64,000 nt of DNA, taken from positions 22,630,001-22,694,000 of the forward strand of contig OZ024755.1 of the NCBI GenBank assembly GCA_964016885.1. Reading direction: 5' to 3'. Position numbers and translations under genes: made by a program. Each line of letters opens with the position of its first letter. Within the stretch, counting starts at the first letter, position 1. Shown one piece after another: positions 38,925-51,404 of this stretch. This DNA comes from Eledone cirrhosa (taxonomy: Eukaryota). The notes beneath the pieces were generated by a model that worked only from the letters and a program-made list of their open reading frames with translations, had not been told where the DNA came from and did no database searches.

Positions 38925-39364
38925 CAATATATAACAGTTTTACAAATAATCTTTGACGTACCCTTTTAAAATGCAACCATAATTTTTGGAAGCCATCCGG
39001 AAGCTATCCGGATGGCTTCCAAATGAAATAATGAAATAAATATGGTTTTATAAATATAGTTTCCATTTATTAATATCGTATATCTACTCCAAATACTTGT
39101 CGAGTGCTTTATATCAGTTATAAAAGTATTTAGTTGTTGTATCCCAACAATTTTAAATAGAACTTTTGCATATATTATATATATATATATATTATATATA
39201 TATATATATTATATAATATATTTATATATTATATACCTTATATATATATATATATTATATATATTATATATTATATATATATATATATATTATATATATT
39301 ATATATATATATAATATATATATATATAATATATATAATATATATATATATATAATATATATAA

Positions 39365-40497
39365 TTTTATGTCCCAAATGCAAAGTATGGGTGCATAAAA
39401 GATGTAGTGGGATCACAGGTAAGCTAACTAAGAACATAGATTTTACATGTGCCCGGTGCTCTGGTGCAATAAGTAGCAGCAAGTGCCCACAAAATACTAG
39501 CTCTTACAACTGCGCAGAGGGCTCTATAGAAATAGTGGACAGCTTCCGTTACCTGGGTGACAAAATCAGCAGCGGGGGAGGGTGCTCTGAAAGTACAGTA
39601 GCTAGAGTCAGAACTGGATGGAAAAAGTTCAGAGAGCTTATACCATTATTAGCCGCTAAAGGGTTCTCCCTAAAAATGAAAGGCAGGTTGTATGATGCCT
39701 GCATACGAACAACAATGTTGCATGGCAGTGAGACCCGGGCATTGTGTGCAGAGGATATACGCAGACTAGAGAGGAACGAAGCTTGCATGCTCCGCTGGAT
39801 GTGTAATAGTAATATACGTGAACGGCAAAGCATAAATGAACTAAGGAAAAAATTAGAAATAAGAGGGATCAGAGGTTGTTTACTCGAGAGAAGGCTACGT
39901 TGGTATGGACACGTGATGCGCATGAAAGTCGATAGCTGTAGAACAAAGTGCAGGGCAATAAAGATAGATGGTAGCCACGGAATAGGCAGACCTAGAAAAA
40001 CCTGGGACGAGCTGATAAACTCCGACCTCACACACTTACACCTCTCCAAGACAATGTCACTGGACCGAGACCTTTGGCGGTACTCAGTAATAGAGAAGAC
40101 CCGCCTTACCTAAATACATATTAAAACCTACTACAGTCAGTAGGCATCTCTAACAAAATACACCCCCGTCCCACCACCCCCACCCCATCCACACCACCCC
40201 CTTCTATGTAAAGTTATGTTGGTGCCACACCATCCAGGCCAAAACAAATGAGATCGTGTAGGTGTCACGACAAAAAAACACACAGTCCACGCTGTAATGT
40301 GGCCGTGTAGGTAACACGGTAAAAACCTCCCAGACCCACACTGTAAATGTGGTTGGTGTTAGGAAGGGCATCCAGCCGTAGAAAACCCGCCAGACAGTCC
40401 TATGCGAGCAAGACAATCACTCTTGCCTCAAGTAGGAAAACCCCCGTCCAAACCCATGCAAGCGTGGAACACGGACGTTAAACGTTGATGATGATGA
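39365..40497 (+). mobile_element. 5'-truncated RTE LINE, long-3'UTR subfamily, with an intact 240-aa C-terminal ORF
   Basis: ORF 39391-40113: FRYLGD, GWKKFREL, LHGSET, RRLRWYGHV, GRPRKTW. Tail gatgatgat. Confidence 0.96.
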
Positions 40498-40643
40498 TAT
40501 AATATATATATATATATATAATATATATATATATATAATATATATAATATATATATATATATATATAATATATATATATATATAATATATATATATATAA
40601 TATATAGATATATATATATATAATATATAGATATATATATAAT

Positions 40644-40688
<45 letters not shown>

Positions 40689-40720
40689 TAAATATATTAT
40701 ATATATATATTATATATATA

Positions 40721-40846
<126 letters not shown>

Positions 40847-41008
40847 ATATATATTATATATATATATTTATTAAAATATTTGCTCTACGGTTCTTATATA
40901 TTTGGTATATATTTATCCTTATCGAGCCCTCTTTGGATTTTAGTCTTCAAATTTATTATTATTACTATATTATATATATATATATATTATATATATATAT
41001 ATTATATA

Positions 41009-41042
<34 letters not shown>

Positions 41043-41211
41043 TTTATATATATATATTATATATATATATATATTATATATATATATATTATATATATAT
41101 ATAATATATATATATATATTATATATATATTATATATATTATATATATATTATATATATTATATATATATATATATATTATATATATTATATATATATTA
41201 TATATATATAT

Positions 41212-41245
<34 letters not shown>

Positions 41246-41289
41246 ATTATATATATATATTATATATATATATTATATATATATATATT

Positions 41290-42966
41290 TCCTCTTCCTC
41301 TCCTCGGGCCCCGTTCCCTGGATCTGACTCGAACACCTTCTCTGCCTCCCTTTTAGGACCCTACTAGGAGAGCCACCCTCCACAGCCCAGAGCACTGAGG
41401 AGATCAGGCGGCTGTTTGAGGAACTGGATGTTGAGACAGAGCCCTTCACCAGAGAAGAGCTTCAGAGAGCCAAGAAGAGGATCAAGGAGGGCAAGGCTCA
41501 TGGAGAAGATGGAGTGGCATCAGAGGTGATGAAGAGGTGTGATTTTGATGATATCATCCTGGGGTTCTGTAACCGGGCACTGGAGAAAGGAGTTGCCCCG
41601 AATCAGTGGAGGATCAGTAACATCGTCCCAGTGCCAAAGAAGGGAGATCTCTCTAACACCAACAACTACAGGGGGATCTCACTGACGTCACTTGTGGCAA
41701 AGACCGTCAACAGGATGATTCTTAACAGAATCCAGCCTGAGATGGAGAAGAAGCTCAGGGACAACCAGAACGGCTTCAGAGAGGGTAGATCAACCACCAG
41801 TCACATCCTGATGCTGAGGAGGATATTAGAGGGAGCTAGAGCAAAGTGCCTTCCTGCGGTCATGGTTTTCATTGACTTTAGGAAGGCCTTTGATTCTGTG
41901 GACCGTTACTGCCTGATGAAGATCTTACAGGCTTATGGAATCCCCAAGAAGATACTGGACCTGATACCACTGCTCTACACCAACACCAAAGCCCAAGTCA
42001 TTACACCTGATGGGATGACAGAGTTCTTTGAGATACTGGCTGGAGTGCTCCTGGGAGATACATTGGCTCCCTACCTTTTTATTATCGTAGTGGACTATTA
42101 AATGCGCCTTGCTCTGGAGAAACACCAGGACTCTGGCTTTACTGTAGCACCGGCTCAGAGCAGGAGAGTTAGGGCGAAAAAGGTATCGGATGCTGAATTT
42201 GCCGACGACATAGTTTTGGTGACAAATACAGTGAAGGAGGCAGAGGATTTGATGCGGGAGGTTGAGACTGTGTCGATGAGTGTGGGGCTGAGAATGAATG
42301 AGACTAAAACAAAATATCTGGTAGAGAATGTTGAGAAGCCAGAGGGGATCACTAATGTAGGCGGGAAGCCGCTAGAATTGGTTGAGGGCTTCCTGTATTT
42401 GGGAGCAAAGATTGGGAATACGGAAGATGATGTGGTTGAGAGGAAGAGCAAGGCCTGGGCGGCGTGCTACAGCTTGAGATCGGTGTGGAAGTCGGACCTT
42501 CGTAGAGACCTGAAAGTCCGCCTCTTCATTGCTGTAGTGGAGTCTGTGCTGCTGTATGGGTCTGAGACTTGGACACTGACCAAGAAACTCACTCAGATGG
42601 TGGATGGGTGCTACACGAGAATGTTGAGGATGGCTCTGAACATTAATCAATTTACACTGAGGATGAAAAACTCAGATCTGTATGGGAGCATCCCAAAAGT
42701 CAGCTCAAAAGTGACACAGAGGAGACTGAGGTTAGCTGGACATGCTCACCGACATCCAGAGTTGACATTGCACTCAGTGCTCCTTTGGGAGCCCCTACAT
42801 GGACACACTAGAAGAGGAAGACCAAGATTAACATATGTTGATGCCCTAAGGACAGACACTGGTCTGTTGGAGACGCAGGACATGGCAGCGATAATGAGGG
42901 ACAGAGACCGCTGGAGAGAACTCGTCCATGGATCTCGGAAATTTTACCCACCTTAGATAGATAGAT
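41290..42966 (+). mobile_element. 5'-truncated RTE-clade LINE of a different family; RT nearly intact (one in-frame TAA at 42099-42101); (TAGA)n tail; inserted in (TA)n
   Basis: PVPKKGDLS..NYRGISL; QNGFREGRST; FIDFRKAFDSV; GVLLGDTLAPYLF; FADD; VLLYGSETW. Confidence 0.95.
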
Positions 42967-43000
42967 ATATATATATATTATATATATTATATATATATAT

Positions 43001-43032
<32 letters not shown>

Positions 43033-43062
43033 ATTATATATATATTATATATATATATATAT

Positions 43063-43094
<32 letters not shown>

Positions 43095-43413
43095 ATGTAT
43101 ATTATATATATATATTATATATATATTATATATATATATATTATATATATATATATATATTATATATATTATATATATATATATTATATATATATATATA
43201 TATTATATATATATATATTATATATATATATATATATTATATATATATCTATATATTATATATATATATCTATATATTATATATCTATATATTATATATA
43301 TATATATATATTATATATATTATATATATATTATATATATTATATATATATTATATATATATATATATTATATATATATATATATTATATATATATATAT
43401 ATTATATATATAC

Positions 43414-43466
<53 letters not shown>

Positions 43467-43689
43467 TATATATATATATATATATATTTCGTTTCTGAAT
43501 TTGTTTAGCAAGATTCTTTATCTGAAAACGTGTGTTGAAACCGATATTCTTATACTTTGGGAGAGTCATGTTGCTAATAAGAAACACACGCACCAGTTGC
43601 TTTCACTTCAATTTATTATAATAAATTTAGGAATTTATAAATTTCCGATTGGTTGGTTGCTTCCACAACCAGATGGTTGTTTATATATT

Positions 43690-43732
43690 GTCAAAGTTCT
43701 TTCGTCACACATTCTGTGACCTCTTCAGTGAC
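43690..43732 (-). ncRNA. Minimal type I hammerhead fold (family H4)
   Basis: Minus strand: GUCA-CUGAAGA-G-GUCACA-GAAUG-UGUGAC-GAA-AGAACU-U-UGAC. Confidence 0.65.
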
Positions 43733-44832
43733 TGGGGATTCTTTTCTTTGTTTTTGTGCCTCTCCTTTGTTCTGTCCTACACCATCTTGTTTCTGTGTGT
43801 GTGTTTTTTCGACACTTTCAAAAAAACACATTTCATATAGATTTTTTTCGACCCTTTCAAAAACACACATTTGATATAGATTCTTTTTCTACATTCTTAA
43901 TTTCTTTTTTACATTCTTAGTTTTAGACACTTCATCTACATTCTTAGTTTCTTTTTTTAAACACTCAATCTACATTCTTATATACACTGTTCAAGGGAGA
44001 CAACTATTACTTTGAAAGAGTAACATCCCTCGATTTTTTTAAATTGATGTCGCTAAAGTGGAGAAATCAAAAAAAATAATTAATGGGGGGGGGGGGGCAT
44101 TCTGCAATTGAACACAAGAGACAAGAGAAACAACTCTTCAGTATTTTTCTTTTCTTTTTACAAAGAGAAGCCATTTATTAGGCTAATTTTTTTCATTGTC
44201 AAAGTAACAACATAACTAGTATACATTATGTCGAATTTTTTGTCAAAATATACAGACCACAACTCGTAAATAATGTGTAAAGATGATTCTATTAACAAAA
44301 TCTTTTTTCATACAATTCGTAAATAATATGTAAACATTTTTTTTATTAATAGAGACTTCATCAGGCTAGAGGATGAAAGTTGCGGCTTTAGGGCATGGTT
44401 TGCTTGTAGGCTTTTCTAGGACCAGCTAAACCCTGGTCCTCTACAGCTAACTAAACTTTGGTCAATGCCAGGTCAGATGGCGAAATAAGCAGTTTAAGAT
44501 CATAAACTTCTACGGCCAGTTAAACCTCGCCTGTCTCTCTCATTCCAGATAATGGAACAGGGGACTTTGTTAAAAGCTTTCTCTGGAAGAAATCTGCTGT
44601 ATACTTCTTTCTGTGTTGTTAGCAGCCAACACACTCAAGTGTAAAAGAAAGAAAACTTTATTTCATGTTGTTCCAGTACACTCAGTAATTCAGGAGTTAA
44701 TCCTGCGATAGACCGTATCCTATCGAGGGAGATGATAAACTTAGAACAAACTTTATATATACTATTTTTTTAATTTACAGAAACATGTATATTAACTTAT
44801 ATATTAATTGTTCGGTATATATCTACTAAATA

Positions 44833-45233
44833 CAGGGTGAGTCAAAATTATGTTAACACTAGTATGGGAGAAATCATTTATTCAGAATTTACTGAACAGT
44901 CTCAGCCTGGTCACCAGCAGGATCAATACACAAAAACTAGCGATCAACAGTACAAATTAGTGCCTTGACACACGTGGGGAATACTTGATATGACACCTTG
45001 TATTCTGTCCTTGAGTTCATCGATGTCTCTAACGTTTTTGCTATACACGCGCTCCTTTACCATGATCCATAACCAGAAGTCACAGGGTGTCAGGTCAGGG
45101 GAGTGTTCAGGCAATGTCAATGGTCCACCGCGACCTGTCCAACGATTTGAAAATGTTTGGTCGAGAATAGCACGAACAGTACGTCTATCTGTAACAGAAC
45201 AGAAAAGTGTTAACATAATTTTGACTCCCCTTG
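44833..45233 (-). mobile_element. Internally deleted Tc1/mariner element
   Basis: TIRs cagggtgagtcaaaattatgttaacact and agtgttaacataattttgactccccttg, TA TSD. Transposase C-terminus SPDLTPCDFWLW..KERVY. Empty site at about 54453. Confidence 0.95.
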
Positions 45234-46513
45234 TACTAGTAGTGTTTTAATTAACTTATATATAGAAACGGAATGAGAGTAAGGTAACACACGGAATATA
45301 TTTTGAGGCGTGTTATCTAGCTTTCATTCCGCTTCTATATTTTTTTTTTAAAAACAAACAAAATTTTAGCTATTTACAGAGAATTATTGCGGTTCCGCGT
45401 GGCGACACGGGTAGCGTTTCGGATTTCATCGTCTACTTATGTATGGCGTGGCCATTCTGTGTCGGAAGATCGAATCGAGGGCACGCAGCCCGAACTATTT
45501 GCAGTTTGCTATATGCTGGACCGCTCAAGCAATCATTTTTGCTCTTCCTTTATTTAGAGTTACTTCCTCTTTATGGAACTCTTCTTTTTTTTCGAATGAC
45601 TTCCGGTTCTTTGAAAAAAATTCATTTTGGATATTACTTTCCTCGTGTATGGAGGTATGTAATATTTTCTTTGCTCTACACTCGAACTATCTTACATTTT
45701 ATTAAATACACACTTTATGTCAATAACTTTCACACTTTGGATATTGTGTTCCTGTGAAGAGGTATTTTATGTGGCTTTCTCGAACATCTTCACCCTCTCG
45801 ACACATGTTTTCTTTTAAATTAAATAAAAAAACAAACTACAAATAGTGTTACCTCTTCTAAGAAACTAAACTAAGCCATCTCGACACTATATACATACTT
45901 TCTAAGAAATATAACATAAACATCATTCTGTAGATCTTTCTTTATTGAATACATAGTAAACCTTGTCAACACTAGCAGATACGTTTTACTATCTTCTCTT
46001 TTTAGAGACATTCATATAAAGCTATATACTGTCTACTAAGAAAAATATATAAACCTTCTCTATACAGGAATATACCTTTCCTTCTAAGAAACCTCTATAT
46101 ACAGCTACATTTTTATTATCTTTATTTATTTCACACCCAATGAAGCATGGCAGCTTCTTTTCTCGCACACATGTGAACGTAGAAAGAAAGCTTTTGTTGT
46201 CCAACTAATTTCTACTGTGTGATTTGGAGCAACGTGAAATAAAGTGTCTTGCTCAAGAACACAACGCAAAGTCCGGTCTGAGAATCGAACTCACGATTGT
46301 AAAGCTCGACGACTTAAGTTTTGAACGAATTTATTTTAGATTTCATCGTAATAAAAGATTAACTGTTGATCGGTGTTAACTAGATCGATATCACTTTAAC
46401 CTACGTAACAGAACCGTTTACATTCTTAGTTTCTTACGATTCTTTGTTCCTTTTCAACACTTAACTGTTGGTCGGTGTTAACTAGGTCGATATCACTTTA
46501 ACCTACGTAACAT

Positions 46514-47654
46514 CATCATCATCATCACCGTTTTACGTCCGTTCTTCTATGCTAGCATGGGTTAGACGGGTTGTCCTGTTGTGGGCAGTGTCTGGTCGGC
46601 TGACCATGCCTTGCTCATACAGGAACTGATTTTGGCTTGATTTTTACAGCTGGATGCCCTTCCTAACACCAACCTCATTTACAGTGAGTGCTGGGTGCTT
46701 TTTTGCCGTGGCACCACCACGATCACATTGCAGTGGGAGGGTGTGGGGGCATATTGTCTATATACTTCAGCTTGTACCCATGGGAGGTCGGGTACTCTGT
46801 ATTACTGCGTGACGCCAGAGGTCACGGTCGTGTGTCATCGCCTTTGAGAGGTGTAATTGGGTAAGGTCGGCTTTTATCACCTCATCCCAGGTCTTCTTGG
46901 GTCTCCCCACTCCGCGGTTTCCATCGACTTCTAGTGCTCTGCACCTTTTTAAGCAGCTGTCATCCTTCATACGCATCACATGTCCATACCAACGCATCCG
47001 CCTCTCCTGCACACAATATTTGATTCCTCTTATGCTCAGTCTCTCTCTCAATTCATTTATGCTTTGTCGTTCGCGTATATTACTATTACACATCCATCGG
47101 AGCATGCAGGCTTCGTTTCTCTCTAATCTACGTAAGTCTTCCACCTTCAGCGCCCAGGTCTAACTACCATGTAACATTGCTGTTCGGATACACGCATCAT
47201 ACAGTCTGCCTTTCATTTTGAAGGAGAAGCCTTTTGCAGCTAGTAGTGGCAGTAGCTCCCTGAACTTCTTCCATCCCGTTCTTACCCTAGTTATTGTACT
47301 TTCTGAACACCCACCTCCGCTGCTAATTCGGTCACTAGGTAGCAGAAGCTGTCTACTGTTTCTACAGAGCCCTCCCAGAGATTGGTGGTTCTTGTTTCCT
47401 GTTTGCTACTTGCTGTCCCAGCACAGCTGCTGCATGTGAAGCCTACATTCTTAATTAAGCTTCCTGAGATCCCGCTACATCTCTTGTGTACCCATTGTTT
47501 GCATTTGGGGCAGAGAATGGAGTTCCTACCTACACCTTTCCTACATACTGAGCAAGGCCATTTCCCTGAGGGGATCTGGGTTCTGTTTTCTTGTCCTTAG
47601 TCTTTGAGACCCTTTCTTTCTAGTCCCTGCTTCCAAGTTTGGAATTTCTTCTCT
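46514..47654 (-). mobile_element. 5'-truncated RTE LINE, long-3'UTR subfamily
   Basis: RTE C-terminal motifs. TSD gtaacat at 46507-46513 and 47655-47661. Confidence 0.95.
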
Positions 47655-47725
47655 GTAACATAGAACCATTTACATTCTTAGTTTCTTCATTTACTTTCTT
47701 TGTTCCTTTTCAACACTTCATTAAT

Positions 47726-47980
47726 ATTCTTAGTTTCCTCTAATTAAATGTATATATAATTGTTTCTACATTTGGCACAAGGCCAGCAAATTACCCAGTA
47801 GATTACTGGTACTTTATTTTATCGACCCCGTAAGGGTGAAAGGCAAAGTTCAAATCCCGTCGAGATTAACTTTGCCTTTCATCCTTACGGGGTCGATAAA
47901 ATAATGTACTGGATAATTGCTGGCCTTGTGCCAAAAGTAGAAACTATTATATATACATTTAAATAGAGGAAACTAAGAAT
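47726..47980. repeat. Fold-back palindrome made of two head-to-head SINE A 3' halves plus flanking DNA
   Basis: About 120-bp arms with a 17-nt spacer caaatcccgtcgagatt. Confidence 0.9.
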
Positions 47981-49955
47981 GTATATATAATAAAAGACAA
48001 AATTGGATGAATTTTATCAAGTTTAATATTCTTTTTATTGATAACGTATGTTCATTTCTTTTTACAGATGTCCAGCCTTCAAGTTCATATCCTGTGCTGT
48101 CTGCCGTATCAAGAAATTTTCATTTTATTTTATTTTGACAAAAATGAATAAAGAAAGTTTACATATTATATACGAATTGTGTTCATTTTACTTTAACAAA
48201 AATGAATAAAGAAATCAAGTCCACGAGAAACTGAGTAAGACGTACGAAAAGAAACTAAGAATGTCTTTGAAAATGTCGAAAAAAAAACCTATATGAAACG
48301 GGACGCCATTTTGTTTTTTTTTTATTTCTCCACTTTAGAGGCATCAGATACTCATGCATGGTTAAAGGCATGGAGTGAGGAACTGATGCCTCTAAAGTGG
48401 AGAAATAAAAAAAAAACTAACGGGGAGACCCCCTCTGTGATTGAAATTAAAAAAAATATTGAATAGTTGCTTCCATTACTTTTTACAAAGAGAAGTAATT
48501 AGAAGCCATTTATTAGGCTAATTTTTTTCATTTTCATTGTCAAACTCGTATACAATATGTAGAATTTTTTATATTTTTTCTCGTAACTAATCACAACTCG
48601 TAAATAATTTGCAAAGATTCTTTTATTAACCAAATCTTTTTTCATACAATTTGTAAATAATATGTAAACATTTTTTTTATTAACAGACACTTCATCACTA
48701 TTCAGGAAACTTCCACTTGTAAAATCTTTCCCTCAGTGGTTACGGCAAACAACAGAGCAGGTTGACCGAGAAGGCCGGACATCTGTAAGAAAAATGAAAT
48801 AAGAAAAACTATGAAAATCATTTACATACGTTGTCAATAAAAAAAAAATGTTAAACTTCATCAAATTCTTCCAGGTTTGTCATATTATGTACATAAATAT
48901 AAAGATATATATTTAAATACTTACGTTGCCAATTAAACAACGGTGTGAGGACCACATAATGATCTGTCGGTTGTAAAGTTACGGATTTTCATAAACAAAA
49001 ACCAAATGAATATGACCTCGGATTATTTTTATTGATATATATATAGCGAATCGAATGGTTGGTTGTGTTGTGGCGTTGATTCATTTATTGTGTGTGTGCT
49101 CACTTGTAGATTGCTGAGTGTTGTTGTCACTATTGTGGGAGTGTAGGCTAGAGAAATTCGATGTGCCTGATATAGTGTGGCCAGAGAGTACGTGTGTGCA
49201 AGTAAGTATCAGTGTTAATTAAGATGATGATGATGATGATCACGTAGGAAATGAAATATATATATATATACAGTGTGACCAGAGATTGCGGGGGTGTAAG
49301 TAAATAACAGTGTTCATTAAGATGAAATGTATGTTTTTGAAAGTGTCAAAAATAAATGAAATGCGTGTTCATTATCATGATGATATGTTGGTTCCTTGAT
49401 CACACGGGAAATGAAATATATAAAACAAATGACGATATCACAAAGCCGGTATGTTACTAATTTATTAAATATAATTTACACCGAAGTTATATGAAAATAC
49501 ACGATGAAGAAAGAAATGAACATCGATGAATCGTGTGACGTTTTTTGTTAAGATGTCTTTCTAAAAGTATTATTAAAGTTGTATTTACTATATTTCTGTT
49601 GATGTAAAGAACTTCGGTCGAAAGAGAGAGTAGGACCTAAAGGGTCTGTACTTTTTAAATCTGTATTGGTATCCCCCTCCTATGGGAAGAGACGAAGAGG
49701 ATGTCCCAAGATGAACTAGTGCCAGACAAAAAAATCTATGTTAAACTTTATTTCATTAAATTGTGTGCATCACAAACACATGCATATATATATATAGACA
49801 AGATCCAATACTTCATTCGTTTAACGAGTGGGGTAGAGCTCGTCAAATCGAACCGAGGAAACAATGTTTCCATTGCTCTTTTCAATTGCTAATACTATCT
49901 GTCGCAAATTTAGACAAGGAGCAGCGTGAAATAAAGTGTATATATATCTTTTGTA

Positions 49956-50058
49956 ATATCACCAATCTGACGAGCAGATCGATACTGGAGTTGGGTCCAT
50001 AACTCCTATGGGTCACCTTCAGCCAATCATCTGTGAAACACGCGTACCAGGTCGATAT
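49956..50058 (+). ncRNA. Hammerhead-like fold with long stem II (family H5), followed by AATAAA
   Basis: CUGACGA-GCAGAU..AUCUGU-GAA-ACACGCGU-A. Distal stem I AUAUCACC/GGUcGAUAU; proximal stem I mismatched. Confidence 0.55.
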
Positions 50059-51404
50059 GTAATAAATATTTTTCATATGTAAACGAAACTTGCTCGTTTT
50101 TTTCTATTATATATATATACTGAAATATGTAGGGAGGTGTTGTATTATATTAGAAATACATTAACACGGGAGAAGGGTTGCAATAGCTAAACAAAACTAT
50201 CGTTTAATTATGTCTCACGACGTAGGAGTTTTAAGTCTAATCTGTCTCACACGACTCCCAAACTAGAGACATGATAATCCAAAGGGAAATAAAAATACAA
50301 AGTTAGTTGGAATAAAATAAAGATATACTTTACCTTCGTAAAAATGGTATAAATCCAAGATTTTAACGTTTATTTTTTCTACAGGTTGGAAACCATGTTT
50401 AAAAGTTAAGCAGAGAGAAGGAGAGAGAGAGACCCAAAGGGTCTGTTCCGTGTAAATCTGTATTGGTACCCCGCTTCCCAAGATTGTAGATGAAGTGTCT
50501 AAATAAGAAACTATATCTATTTGTCCGTCTGCCTGTCTATCTCACACGACTCCCCCCAAATGCGATTCATCAGGTCCTGTATTGACACCCACTCCTGTGA
50601 AAAGAGACGAAGAGGACGAACCAAAGCTTCTGTATTGATACCCCTTCATATGGAAAGAAACGAAGAGGATGTCCCAAGATGAACTGGCAACAGATAATCG
50701 ACAGGGACCTGAAACCCGTCAACAAAACAGAAGTTGGAACGATGTATTGATAGATGTAATTGACCATGGTGGTCGCTGGAGCACTTTGGTTGCCTCATGT
50801 GTCTCAAGATGAGGGAGTTTCTAAGTCTAATCTATCTGTAGGCCTGCCTGTCCGTCAATCTATCTCACATGACTTCCAAGTGAAAGACATGTTAATCAGG
50901 TCCTGTATTGGTACCCACCCCCATGGAAAGAAACGAAGAGGACCTCACAAGATGATCTGGCGCCAGATAATCGACAGAGACCTGAAACCTCTCAACAAAA
51001 GTGTGAACGATATATATATATATATATATATATAAGTAGTGTGTTATAATGTATATATACACTCTACTATAATGTATGTATATATATATATATACACTAT
51101 TATAATGTATATATAAACTGTACTATAATATATACAGGAGTTGCGATCGGTAGATAATATCAGCAATAGAAAGACCAATGGAAACATTGTTTCCTCGGTC
51201 CAATTTGACGAGCTCCACCCCACTCGACAAGCGAATGAGGTCCGGGCTCTTGTTGATCGATCAGAGAAAGACATACAATTGAATTACGTCTGTAGATCAT
51301 TATATTTTGGGGAAATGCTGTGCATTATAATAAATATTGCCTGTACAGGTAATGAAAGTATGTATACATTTTTCTGGGACATCACGTATATGTATGTATA
51401 TATG

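Larger units (their letters stand above)
44730..48300 (+). repeat. Copy 1 of a local duplication or composite repeat (paralog at 54345-59750)
   Basis: Colinear similarity after removing the mariner, RTE and SINE insertions. Confidence 0.88.
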
